A DNA stretch of 64,000 nt, taken from positions 70,679 through 134,678 of the forward strand of contig NIVC01001285.1 in assembly GCA_002269645.1 (NCBI GenBank), written 5' to 3'. This DNA comes from Macrostomum lignano (Eukaryota). Position 1 is the first letter of the stretch; every line of letters starts with the position of its first letter. Positions 26,200 to 38,141 of the stretch are shown one piece after another. The position numbers were made by a program, and so were the translations under genes. The notes under the pieces were generated by a model. It did not search any database, had not been told where the DNA came from, and was given only the letters and a program-made list of their open reading frames with translations.

Positions 26200-29100
26200 A
26201 GTGCAAATGTTACTTCCGCTAATGCAATAATCGCTTTCTCAGGTTGTGCAACAATCCAAGTCTCAGCGAGCGCAATAATCTCTTTTTTAGACAGCGCAGT
26301 AATCAGCTTCTCAGCTAGTGCAATAATGCTTGGTTTATTAATAGCAATAATCCTTGATTAATCAAGTGCAATAATCCTTGGTTTATCAAGTGCAATAATC
26401 CTTGGTTTATCAAGTGCAGTAATCTTTGGCTTATAAAGTGCAATAATCCTTGGTTTATCAAGTGCAATAATCCTTTGTTTATCAAGTGCAATAATCCTTG
26501 GTTTATCAAGTGCAATAATCCTTGGTTTATTAAGTGCAATAATCCTTGGTTTATTAAGTGCAATAATCCTTGGTTTATCTAGCGCAGTAATCCTTGGCTT
26601 ATCAGGTGCAATAATCCTTGGTTTATCAAGTGCAATATTTGTTTATCAAGTGCAATAATCCTTGGTTTATCAAGTGAAATAATCCTTGGTTTATCAAGTG
26701 CAATAATCCTTGGCTTATCAACTGCAATAATCCTTGGTTTATCAAGCGCAGTAATCTTTGGCCTATCAAGTGCAATAATCCTTGGTTTATCAAGTGCAGT
26801 AATCCTTGGCCTATCAAGTGCAATAATCCTTGGTTTATCAAGTGCAATAATCCTTGGTTTATCAAGTGTAATAATCCTTGGTTTATCAAGTGCAATAATC
26901 CTTGGCTTATCAACTGCAATAATCCTTGGCTTATCAACTGCAATAATCCTTGGTTTATCAAGTGCAATAATCCTTGGTTTATCAAGCGCAGTAATCCTTG
27001 GCCTATCAAGTGCAATAATCCTTGGCTTATCAAGTGCAATAATCCTTGGTTTATCAAGTGCAATAATCCTTGGTTTATCAAGTGCAGTAATCCTTGGCCT
27101 ATCAAGTGCAATAATCCTTGGTTTGCCAAGAGCAATAATCCTTAGTTTATCGAGTGCAGTAATCCTTAGTTTTCCAAGTGCAGTAATCCTTGGTTTATTA
27201 AGAGCAATAATCCTTGGCTTATCGAGTGCAGTAATCCTTGGTTTGCCAAGAGCAATAATCCTTGGTTTATCAAGTGCAATAATCCTTGGTTTATCAAGTG
27301 CAATAATCCTTGGTTTATCAAGTGCAATAATCCTTGGTTTATCAGATGCAATAATCCTTGGCTTATCAACTGCAATAATCCTTGGTTTATCAAGTGCAAT
27401 AATCCTTGGCTTATCAAGTGCAATAATCCTTGGTTTATCAAGTGCAATAATCCTTGGTTTATCAAGCGCAGTAATCTTTGGCCTATCAAGTGCAATAATC
27501 CTTTGTTTATCAAGTGCAATAATCCTTGGTTTATCAAGTGCAATAATCTTTGGTTTATCAGATGCAATAATCCTTGGCTTATCAACTGCAATAATCATTG
27601 GTTTATCAAGTGCAATAATCCTTGGCTTATCAAGTGCAATAATCCTTGGTTTATCAAGTGCAATAATCCTTGGTTTATCAAGCGCAGTAATTTTTGGCCT
27701 ATCAAGTGCAATAATCCTTGGTTTATCAAGTGCAGTAATCCTTGGCCTATCAAGTGCAATAATCCTTGGTTTATCAAGTGCAATAGTCTTTGGTTTATCG
27801 AGTGCAGTAATCCTTAGTTTTCCAAGTGCAGTAATCCTTGGTTTATTAAGAGCAATAATCCTTGGTTTATCGAGTGGAGTAGTCCTTGGTTTATTAATAT
27901 CAATAATCCTTGAATAATCCAGTGCATTAATCCTTGGCTTATCAAGTGCAACATTCTTTACTATCAAGTGCAATAATCCATGGCTTATCAAGTGCAATAA
28001 TCCTTGGCTTATCAAGTGCAATAATCCTTGGTTTATCAAGTGCAATAATCCTTTGTTTATCAAGTGCAATAATCCTTTGTTTATCAAGTGCAATAATCCT
28101 TTGTTTATCAAGTGCAATAATCCTTGGTTTATCAAGCGCAGTAATCCTTGGCTTATCAAGTGCAATAATCCTTGGTTTATCAAGTGCAATAATCCTTGGT
28201 TTATCAAGTGCAATAATCCTTGGTTTATCAGATGCAATAATCCTTGGCTTATCAACTGCAATAATCCTTGGTTTATCAAGTGCAATAATCCTTGGCTTAT
28301 CAAGTGCAATAATCCTTGGTTTATCAAGTGCAATAATCCTTGGTTTATCAAGCGCAGTAATCTTTGGCCTATCAAGTGCAATAATCCTTTGTTTATCAAG
28401 TGCAATAATCCTTGGTTTATCAAGTGCAATAATCTTTGGTTTATCAGATGCAATAATCCTTGGCTTATCAACTGCAATAATCATTGGTTTATCAAGTGCA
28501 ATAATCCTTGGCTTATCAAGTGCAATAATCCTTGGTTTATCAAGTGCAATAATCCTTGGTTTATCAAGCGCAGTAATTTTTGGCCTATCAAGTGCAATAA
28601 TCCTTGGTTTATCAAGTGCAGTAATCCTTGGCCTATCAAGTGCAATAATCCTTGGTTTATCAAGTGCAATAGTCTTTGGTTTATCGAGTGCAGTAATCCT
28701 TAGTTTTCCAAGTGCAGTAATCCTTGGTTTATTAAGAGCAATAATCCTTGGTTTATCGAGTGGAGTAGTCCTTGGTTTATTAATATCAATAATCCTTGAA
28801 TAATCCAGTGCATTAATCCTTGGCTTATCAAGTGCAACATTCTTTACTATCAAGTGCAATAATCCATGGCTTATCAAGTGCAATAATCCTTGGCTTATCA
28901 AGTGCAATAATCCTTGGTTTATCAAGTGCAATAATCCTTTGTTTATCAAGTGCAATAATCCTTTGTTTATCAAGTGCAATAATCCTTTGTTTATCAAGTG
29001 CAATAATCCTTGGTTTATCAAGCGCAGTAATCCTTGGCTTATCAAGTGCAATAATCCTTGGTTTATCAAGTGCAATAATCCTTGGTTTATCAAGCGCAGT

Positions 29101-31071
29101 AATCTTTGGCCTATCAAGTGCAATAATCCTTGGTTTATCAAGTGCTGTAATCCTTGGCCTATCAAGTGCAATAATCCTTGGTTTATCAAGTGCAATAATC
29201 CTTGGCTTATCAAGTGCAATAATCCTTGGTTTATCAAGTGCAATAATCCTTGGCTTATCAACTGCAATAATCCTTGGCTTATCAACTGCAATAATCCTTG
29301 GTTTATCAAGTGCAATAATCCTTGGTTTATCAAGCGCAGTAATCCTTGGCCTATCAAGTGCAATAATCCTTGGCTTATCAAGTGCAATAATCCTTGGTTT
29401 ATCAAGTGCAATAATCCTTGGTTTATCAAGTGCAGTAATCCTTGGCCTATCAAGTGCAATAATTCTTGGTTTGCCAAGAGCAATAATCCTTAGTTTATCG
29501 AGTGCAGTAATCCTTAGTTTTCCAAGTGCAGTAATCCTTGGTTTATTAAGAGCAATAATCCTTGGCTTATCGAGTGCAGTAATCCTTGGTTTGCCAAGAG
29601 CAATAATCCTTGGTTTATCAAGTGCAATAATCCTTGGTTTATCAAGTGCAATAATCCTTGGTTTATCAAGTGCAATAATCCTTGGTTTATCAGATGCAAT
29701 AATCCTTGGCTTATCAACTGCAATAATCCTTGGTTTATCAAGTGCAATAATCCTTGGCTTATCAAGTGCAATAATCCTTGGTTTATCAAGTGCAATAATC
29801 CTTGGTTTATCAAGCGCAGTAATCTTTGGCCTATCAAGTGCAATAATCCTTTGTTTATCAAGTGCAATAATCCTTGGTTTATCAAGTGCAATAATCTTTG
29901 GTTTATCAGATGCAATAATCCTTGGCTTATCAACTGCAATAATCATTGGTTTATCAAGTGCAATAATCCTTGGCTTATCAAGTGCAATAATCCTTGGTTT
30001 ATCAAGTGCAATAATCCTTGGTTTATCAAGCGCAGTAATTTTTGGCCTATCAAGTGCAATAATCCTTGGTTTATCAAGTGCAGTAATCCTTGGCCTATCA
30101 AGTGCAATAATCCTTGGTTTATCAAGTGCAATAGTCTTTGGTTTATCGAGTGCAGTAATCCTTAGTTTTCCAAGTGCAGTAATCCTTGGTTTATTAAGAG
30201 CAATAATCCTTGGTTTATCGAGTGGAGTAGTCCTTGGTTTATTAATATCAATAATCCTTGAATAATCCAGTGCATTAATCCTTGGCTTATCAAGTGCAAC
30301 ATTCTTTACTATCAAGTGCAATAATCCATGGCTTATCAAGTGCAATAATCCTTGGCTTATCAAGTGCAATAATCCTTGGTTTATCAAGTGCAATAATCCT
30401 TTGTTTATCAAGTGCAATAATCCTTTGTTTATCAAGTGCAATAATCCTTTGTTTATCAAGTGCAATAATCCTTGGTTTATCAAGCGCAGTAATCCTTGGC
30501 TTATCAAGTGCAATAATCCTTGGTTTATCAAGTGCAATAATCCTTGGTTTATCAAGCGCAGTAATCTTTGGCCTATCAAGTGCAATAATCCTTGGTTTAT
30601 CAAGTGCTGTAATCCTTGGCCTATCAAGTGCAATATTCCTTGGTTTATCAAGTGCAATAGTCCTTGGTTTATCGAGTGCAGTAATCCTTGGTTTTCCAAG
30701 TGCAATAATCCTTGGCTTCTTGAGTGCAGTAATCCTTGGTTTGCCAAGAGCAATAGTCCTTGGTTTATCGAGTGCAGTAATCCTTGGTTTTCCAAGTGCA
30801 ATAATCCTTGGTTTATTAATAGCAATAATCCTTGGCTTCTTGAGTGCAGTAATCCTTGGTTTGCCAAGAGCAATAGTCCTTGGTTTATCGAGTGCAGTAA
30901 TCCTTGGTTTTCCAAGTGCAATAATCCTTGGCTTCCTGAGTGCAGTAATCCTTGGTTTGCCAAGAGCAATAGTCCTTGGTTTATCGAGTGCAGTAATCCT
31001 TGGTTTTCCAAGTGCAGTAATCCTTGGTTTATTAATAGCAATAATCCTTGGCTTATCGAGTGCAGTAATCT
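26200..31071. repeat. 24-bp minisatellite (tgcaataatccttggtttatcaag)n, about 200 copies, with higher-order duplications
   Basis: Tandem array; a marker variant block recurs at about 27912, 28798 and 30260. Confidence 0.97.
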
Positions 31072-31138
31072 AAGTGTTTTTATTTAGTCCTTTAATAAAA
31101 CCTTTTAATAAAAAATTTTACACTACTACTTTTAAACT

Positions 31139-31240
31139 ACTTAGATTCGAACCTAGGTCGCTGCATTAGCAGTCTGGTCTGTTCAGCTCTAGGCTAGCTC
31201 TCATCGAAGTTATCAGTGATGTTGTACCACTTATATAATT
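31139..31240 (-). promoter_or_regulatory. tRNA-Ser(GCU)-like Pol III module (TATA, A box, B box) in Helitron copy 1
   Basis: Minus strand: TATATAAG about 30 nt upstream of GAGAGCTAGCCTAGAGC...AGACTGCTAATG...AGGTTCGAATCT, followed by T-runs. The stems are imperfect, so this is not an intact tRNA. Confidence 0.6.
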
Positions 31241-31293
31241 CAACACTCACACCAAGTCAGGTAGAGTAAAAAGTCACACGAAGCAGTTATGAC

Positions 31294-33140
31294 CACAGAT
31301 ACTATAAACACTAGATAGGCCACTCAGGCTAATTTTCTGGGCAAGTTTTTTATTCTACTTTCTGCTTAGTAGCAATGAAAGGAAGCAACAGTATTATTTG
31401 CTAAATTAGACAAATCAAGTGACTGTTTTTGAGACATCGTTTTGCTAACGCCATAAACAACTAACTTGTTTTGTGCAGTAATGGTGTACATTAAGACGCG
31501 ACAGACAGTGTACAATGCCGCTATCTTTCAAAGTGGAGGAAGGGGGGTAGTCTGGAATAGGGTTAATATCAGTTTCGTATAAGGAAGGGTGAGTGGATCG
31601 ATAATTTAGGCCCACTGGTGGTGGGATAGAAAATAAAGGACTGCAAATAGCTAGCCTGGGTTAGGGGTGGGGGTTTAGAGGTTGTGGGTTAGAAAATTTG
31701 GGGTGGCGAATCGTGCTTAAATACAAGCTTATATATAGATGAACAGGACAAGATTCAGAGTTAAAGAAAGTTCGAGTGCATACTAGCTTTTCTATCTAAT
31801 CTCGTACTCGAGAAATGTTTTGATTCGAACCACTGCTGTGCTCCCACTTGCACGAGCTCTGTACTAGTGCTATTAACATCCGAGAAAGAAAATCCGTTGC
31901 GAATGCATAAATTACCAAAAGATGACACTGGCAAAGCGCTGGCAGCAGCTACTGCAGGAGCGTGGATATTGACCTTTATAAACAATTAAATCACGGGGCC
32001 TACGTGTGTTCAGCTTGCACTTTATGGACGAGGCCTACTGCTGCCTTACAAAGTGCCACGGATGTGCAAGACGTCTGTTTTCGCTGGGACGCAATCCCAC
32101 ACCAAGAGTTGATGCTGCCTCGGCTCGTTCAAATAGACCAGCTACCAGCTCTGTGCAAAGGACTGATAAACGACGAAGAGGCAGACGACATGTACCCTCC
32201 AGTGCTGGGGCCTATTAGCAATCTATTTGCAGCCGAGCCTGCGACTTGCCTGCTGCCAGTGCTGTGGCAGAGCAACCTTCGGCTACCAGATTCTGCGCCG
32301 AGAACAGCTGTTGCGGCTGAAAGCTCTCACCTCTGCAGCCGATTCGCGGGTTCCAAGCGCTAGAGGCAACGATCAAGCGGCTGCAGCAACGATCCCGAAA
32401 GCGACAGGCAAATCAAGCGGCTGCAGCAGCAACTCTCGATGGTCAAGGCAAGTGCAGCGCAGTCGTGCATCCATGGACTGTGGAGGCGTGGCTAGCGCAG
32501 CTTCCAGCGGTCGACTGGGCGGCAGGGCGCTCGCAGTCAGGGGTGCTCTGGTCAAAGGATGTCATCTCATCAGCAGCTCATTGCAGCTGCACCACAAAAG
32601 TCCTGCTGCTTATCGGCTGCCTGTTACGAAACCACTGAGGATTGGCTCTCCATAGGATACATCCCTGGACTTAGAAGAGGCGCATTCGCCAGTTTTTTTA
32701 ATCTGTTGGGCCGTGCTGAATGCTGCCTCTGAACAAGGGCGACTGGCGACCCCCTGTTCTTCGACAGCACGCTGCGAGTTTCATAAACAGATGAGCTGAT
32801 TAAGATGAGAAATCTTTCTATTTTGCTACACGAATATGGATTATGGAGTATATGATATAGCTCGTATTTGCTAAATATACAATAGTTGACTGCAATAATA
32901 TAGCCTTCAATGCAATCTAAAGCATTCACAACGTTGCTTTGAATTGTAGAAAGTATAATTATAAGTTTCTTTTTGCAAATAAAATCAATATAATTGCTGC
33001 ATTGCATTCATCTGTTTTTTATTTAAAAAAAATATAAATAACGCTAAAATGTTTTTACTACTACTAAGCAGAAAGTAGAGTAAACTGTCGTGTTGTGAAA
33101 ATTAGCTGGAGTGGCCTATCTAGTGTTTATAGTATCTGTG
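31294..33140 (+). mobile_element. P-element-superfamily non-autonomous derivative (1847 bp) with decayed THAP domain and transposase N-terminus
   Basis: Perfect 32-bp TIR CACAGATACTATAAACACTAGATAGGCCACTC, extending imperfectly further in. 8-bp TSD GTTATGAC at 31286-31293 and 33141-33148; the site is single in Helitron copy 2. Frameshifted THAP motifs HCCAPTC..MHKLPKDD..KRWQQLL..YVCS.LHF..DAIP, and a P-transposase-like WSKDVISS.LQLHHKSPAAYRL. Confidence 0.88.
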
Positions 33141-33757
33141 GTTATGACATAATCAATTTCTTAGGCAAGTCAGTACCAGTGTCTATGAAAGTTTACAATA
33201 TGGTTACGTAATATAAATTCAGTACTGCGCTATGCTTTCACACTCAAAGCTGTGACGCAATTCAATTGAGTGTCAAATTCAGCCAGTACACAGACGATAA
33301 ATAAAGTGTATTGTGATGCAATCTATTTCAGAATCAGAATTCAACCAGTCAGTTTTTCTGCTAGCATTCTTACGATGCATTTCAAGTCGAAAGAGCTGCT
33401 TGACCTTTGCAAAAAAGCATGTTTTTCGAATATTTAATCCCTTTAGCATCAAGCAATTTCTTAGCCACGATGCATGTACTGTCACGGGAAAATTTCTGAT
33501 CGAACAGTGCAAGTTCGAAGAAAATCGGTTGAGCCGTTTTTGCTAAAATCGATCACACACACACACATACACACACACACATACCGACAGACCATTTTTA
33601 GTATATTGGACTAGCAATCTTCGCCCCCCGTTGGGGGACATCTGGATAGAATCTCTGCTCTCTACAGGCAACAAAAAGACAGCCAGATAAAGCCTTCTCA
33701 AAGACAACAGACAAACTGCTCAAATAAAGTGCAATGCAAGATGAAATCATCCCAAAA

Positions 33758-34085
33758 CAGCAAGCATCCCCCAGATAGCAAGCATCCCCCAGATTGCAAG
33801 CATCCCCCGGATAGCAAGCATCCCCCAGATAGCAAGCATCCCCCAAATAGCAAGCATCCCCCAGATAGCAAGCATCCCCCAGATAGCAAGCATCCCCCGG
33901 ATAGCAAGCATCCCCCAAATAGCAAGCATCCCCCAGATAGCAAGCATCCCCCAAATAGCAAGCATCCCCCAGATAGCAAGCATCCCCCAAATAGCAAGCA
34001 TCCCCCAGATAGCAAGCATTCCCCAAATAGCAAGCATCCCCGAGATAGCAAGCATCCCCAAATAGTAAGCATCCACCAGACAATA
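33758..34085. repeat. 18-bp minisatellite (agatagcaagcatccccc)n; a second short block lies at about 34779-34895
   Basis: Tandem array, seen directly. Confidence 0.95.
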
Positions 34086-34159
34086 AGTAGCTAGTGCAAC
34101 AATTTCCTTAGCTCTATAGTGGCTCCTTTAAAATTGGCATGACGCTTACTTTTAAGTTT

Positions 34160-37100
34160 GGAATTGTGTATCTTTTATGTTTGACATGGTGGCTCTTTAA
34201 TGTTTGACATGGTGGCTCTTTTATGTTTGACATTGTGGCTCTTTTATGTTTTGACATTGTGGCTCTTTAGTGTTCGACATGGTGGCTCTTTAATGTTCTT
34301 CATGGTGGCTCTTTTATGTTTTACATGGTGGCTTTTTATGTTTGACATGGTGGCTCTTTAATGTTCTTCATGGTGACTATTTTATGTTCTACATGGTGGC
34401 TCTTTTATGTTCGACATGGTGGCTCTTTTATGTTTGATTCGGGGATTTTTATGTCTGACATGGTGTCTCTTTAATGTTTGACATGGTGGCTCTTTAATGT
34501 TTGACATGGTGGCTCTTTTATGTTTTGACATTGTGGCTCTTTAGTGTTCGACATGGTGGCTCTTTAATGTTCTTCATGGTGGCTCTTTTATGTTTTACAT
34601 GGTGGCTTTTTATGTTCTACATGGTGGCTCTTTTATGTTTGACATGGTGGCTCTTTTATGTTTGATTCGGGGTTTTTTTATGTCTGACATGGTGTCTCCT
34701 TAATGTTTGACATAGTGGCTCTTTAATGTTTGACATGGTGGCTCTTTAATGTTCGACATAGTGGCTCTTTAATATTCCCCCAGATAGCAAGCATCCCCCA
34801 GATAGTAAGCATCCCCCAAATAGGAAGCATTCCCCCTCCCAGATAGCAAGCATCCCCGAGATAGCAAGCATCCCCAAATAGTAAGCATCCACCAGACAAT
34901 AAGTAGCTAGTACAACAATTTCCTTAGCTCTATAGTGGCTCCTTTAAAATTGGCATGACGCTTACTTTTAAGTTTGGAATTGTGTATCTTTTATGTTTGA
35001 CATGGTGGCTCTTTAATGTTTGACATGGTGGCTCTTTTATGTTTGACATTGTGGCTCTTTTATGTTTTGACATTGTGGCTCTTTAGTGTTCGACATGGTG
35101 GCTCTTTAATGTTCTTCATGGTGACTATTTTATGTTTTACATGGTGGCTTTTTATGTTTGACATGGTGGCTCTTTAATGTTCTTCATGGTGACTATTTTA
35201 TGTTCTACATGGTGGCTCTTTTATGTTTTACATGGTGGCTCTTTTATGTTTGATTCGGGGATTTTTATGTCTGACATGGTGTCTCTTTAATGTTTGACAT
35301 GGTGGCTCTTTAATGTTTGACATGGTGGCTCTTTTATGTTTTGACATTGTGGCTCTTTAGTGTTCGACATGGTGGCTCTTTAATGTTCTTCATGGTGGCT
35401 CTTTTATGTTTTACATGGTGGCTTTTTATGTTCTACATGGTGGCTCTTTTATGTTTGACATGGTGGCTCTTTTATGTTTGATTCGGGGTTTTTTTATGTC
35501 TGACATGGTGTCTCCTTAATGTTTGACATAGTGGCTCTTTTATATTTGACATGGTGGCTCTTTAGTGTTTGACATAGTGGCTCTTTTATGTTTGACATGG
35601 TGGCTCTTTAGTGTTTGACATGGTGGCTCGTTAATGTTCGACATGGTGGCTCTTTAATGTTTGACATGGTGGCTCTTTAATGTTCGACATGGTGGCTCTT
35701 TTAGGTTTAACATGGTGGCTCTTTTAGGTTTAACATGGTGGCTCTTTTAGGTTTAACATGGTGGCTCTTAAATGTTCGACATGGTGGCTCTTTAATGTTC
35801 GACATGGTGGCTCTTTAATATTCTTCATGTTATAGCTCTTTCATGTTTGACATGGTGGCTCTTTAATGTTCGAAATGGTGGCTCTTTAATGTTCGAAATG
35901 GTGGCTCTTTAATGTTCGAAATGGTGGCTCTTTAATGTTTGACACAAAGTCACATATATGTTTGACATGGTGGCTCTTTATGTTTGACATGTTGGCTCTT
36001 TTATGTTCGAAATGGTGGCTCTTTTTTGTTCTACATGTTAACTCTTTTTATTTGATACGGTGGCTTTTTTAATGTCTGACATGTTGGCTCTTTTATGTTT
36101 GACATGGTGGCTCTTTAATGTTCGACAAAGTGGCTCCTAAATGTTTGACATAGTGGCTCTTCAATGTTTGACAATGTGGCTTTTGAATGTTTGACATGGT
36201 GGCTCTTTAATGTTTGACATGGTAGCTCTGTTATGTTCGACATGGTGGCTCTTCTAGGTTTGACACGAAGGCTCTTAAATGTTTAACATGGTGGCTCTTT
36301 AATGTTTCACATGGTGGCTCTTTAATGTTTTACATGGTGGCTCTTTTATGTTTAACTTGGTAGCTCTTTGTTATTTTACATGGCAGCTCTTTTATGTTCG
36401 ACATGGTGGCTCTTTAATATTCTTCATGTTATAGCTCTTTCATGTTTGACATGGTGGCTCTTTAATGTTCGAAATGGTGGCTCTTTAATGTTTAACACAA
36501 AGTCACATATATGTTTGACATGGTGGCTCTTAAATGTTTGACATGGTGGCTCTTTATGTTTGACATGTTGGCTCTTTTATGTTTGACATGGTGGCTCTTT
36601 AATGTTTGACATAAAGTCACTTATATGTTTTACATGGTGCCTCCTAAATATTAGACATGGTGGCTCGTTTAGGTTTGACGTGGTAGCTCTTTAATGTTCG
36701 ACATGGTGGCTCTTTAATATTCGATATGTTGGCTCTTTTATGTTTGACATGGTGGCTCGTTTTCGTTCGAAATGGTGGCTCTTTTTTGTTCTACATGGTA
36801 ACTCTTTTATATTTGATACGGTGGCTTTTTTAAAGTCTGACGTGTTGGCTCTTTTATGTTTGACATGGTGGCTCTTTAATGTTCGACAAAGTGGCTCCTA
36901 AATGTTTGACATAGTGGCTCTTTAATGTTTGACAATGTGGCTTTTGAATTTTTGACATGGTGGCTCTTTAATGATAGACATGGTGGCTCTTTTATGTTCG
37001 AAATGGTGGCTCTTTAATGTATAAAATAGTGGCTCTTTTATGTTCGATATGGTGGCTCTTTAATGTTCGAAAAAGTGGCTCCTAAATGTTTGACATAGTG

Positions 37101-37435
37101 GCTCTTTGATGTTCGAAATAGTGGCTCTTTTATGGTCGACATGGTGGCTCTTTAATGTTCGAAATGGTGGCTCTTTAATGGTCGAAATAGTGGCTCTTTT
37201 ATTTTCGACATGGTGGCTCTTTAATTTCGAAATGGTGGCTGTTTAATGTTCGAAATGGTGGCTCTTTTATGTTTGACATAAAGTCACTTATATGTTTTAT
37301 ATGGTGCCTCTTAAATATTAGACATGGTGGCTCGTTTAGGTTTGACATGGTGGCTCTTTAATATTCGATATGTTAGCTCTTTTATGTTCGACATGGTGGC
37401 TCTTCTATGTTTGACATTGCGCTTCTTTTATGTTT
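34160..37435. repeat. 23/24-bp minisatellite (atgtttgacatggtggctcttt[t]a)n, heterogeneous
   Basis: Tandem array inside Helitron copy 2. Confidence 0.95.
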
Positions 37436-37487
37436 AGAAGTTTTGTGTTTTTAAGGTGTTTTAATAAAAAAAAATCTTTTTTGCCCT

Positions 37488-37590
37488 ACTAAGATTCGAA
37501 CCCAAGTCGCTACATTAGCAGTCCAGTCTGTTCGCATCTGGGCTATCTTTTTCAATTGGAGAACATAAATTGTGGCCCTTATATAATTCA
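37488..37590 (-). promoter_or_regulatory. tRNA-Ser(GCU)-like Pol III module in Helitron copy 2
   Basis: Homologous to 31139-31240: TATATAAG, TAGCCCAGATG (A box), GGACTGCTAAT, GGGTTCGAATC (B box), then a T-run. Confidence 0.6.
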
Positions 37591-38141
37591 ATTCTTACAG
37601 CAAGTCAATTGGAGTAAAAAGTTATGACATAATCAATTTCTCAGTCAGCCAGAATCAGTCTCAATTTAAGTTGCCAATATGGTTACGCAATTTCATTCAA
37701 GTCGTGTGTGCATTTCTTTGACACTGTTTTCAACTTGTTGTGATGCAATCTTTATCACAATCAGAATTCAGTCAGTCAGTTTTTTCTCTAGCATTCTTAC
37801 AATGCAATTCAAGTCAAAAATTTGGCTTGACCTTTGCAAAAAAGCATGTTTTTCGAATATTTAATCCCTTTATCATTGAGCAATTTCTTAGCCCAGATGC
37901 ATGTACCGTCCCAGGAAAATTTCTGATCGAATGGTGCAAGTTTGAAGAAAATCGGTTGAGCCAATTTTTCTGAAATCTATCGCATACCTACCCACATACA
38001 TACAGACAACTCATTTTTAGTATATAGGATGTAAATACTGCTTTTAAAACGAAATTATTCCGCCTGTTTTCAAATGCTCATGCTTTCTTATCAACTCACC
38101 TGTAAAAAGAGTCACATGTCTAACCCTCAAGCCAGGTTAGC

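Larger units (their letters stand above)
25539..33610 (-). mobile_element. Non-autonomous Helitron copy 1, carrying 18-bp and 24-bp arrays, a tRNA-like module and a nested P element
   Basis: On the minus strand the 5' end is TCCAATATACTAAAAATG (33610 down). The 3' end is a GC hairpin (25555-25573) about 12 nt before CTAG|T at 25539. The 5' ~450 bp align with copy 2, including an identical ~47-nt stretch cttgacctttgcaaaaaagcatgtttttcgaatatttaatcccttta. Confidence 0.75.
33611..38029 (-). mobile_element. Non-autonomous Helitron copy 2, head-to-tail with copy 1
   Basis: 5' end A|TCCTATATACTAAAAATG at 38029. 3' hairpin cccccc-gtt-ggggg followed by CTAG at 33611, directly abutting the 5' TC of copy 1. 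Confidence 0.75.

Noticed and set aside
24466-31087. Long ORFs up to 737 aa (ERMGRKEE, GLSSAIIL, LDKPRIIA, LLHLINQG), superficially LRR-like
   Set aside because: They are by-products of 23- and 24-bp arrays that lack stops in those frames; overlapping ORFs exist on both strands.
31139-31205. Possible functional tRNA-Ser(GCU) (also 37490-37556)
   Set aside because: No proper acceptor stem or long variable arm, and weak anticodon stems; kept only as a tRNA-like promoter module.
31761-33007. Individual small ORFs inside the P element as independent genes
   Set aside because: They are explained as fragments or antisense frames of the decayed transposase.
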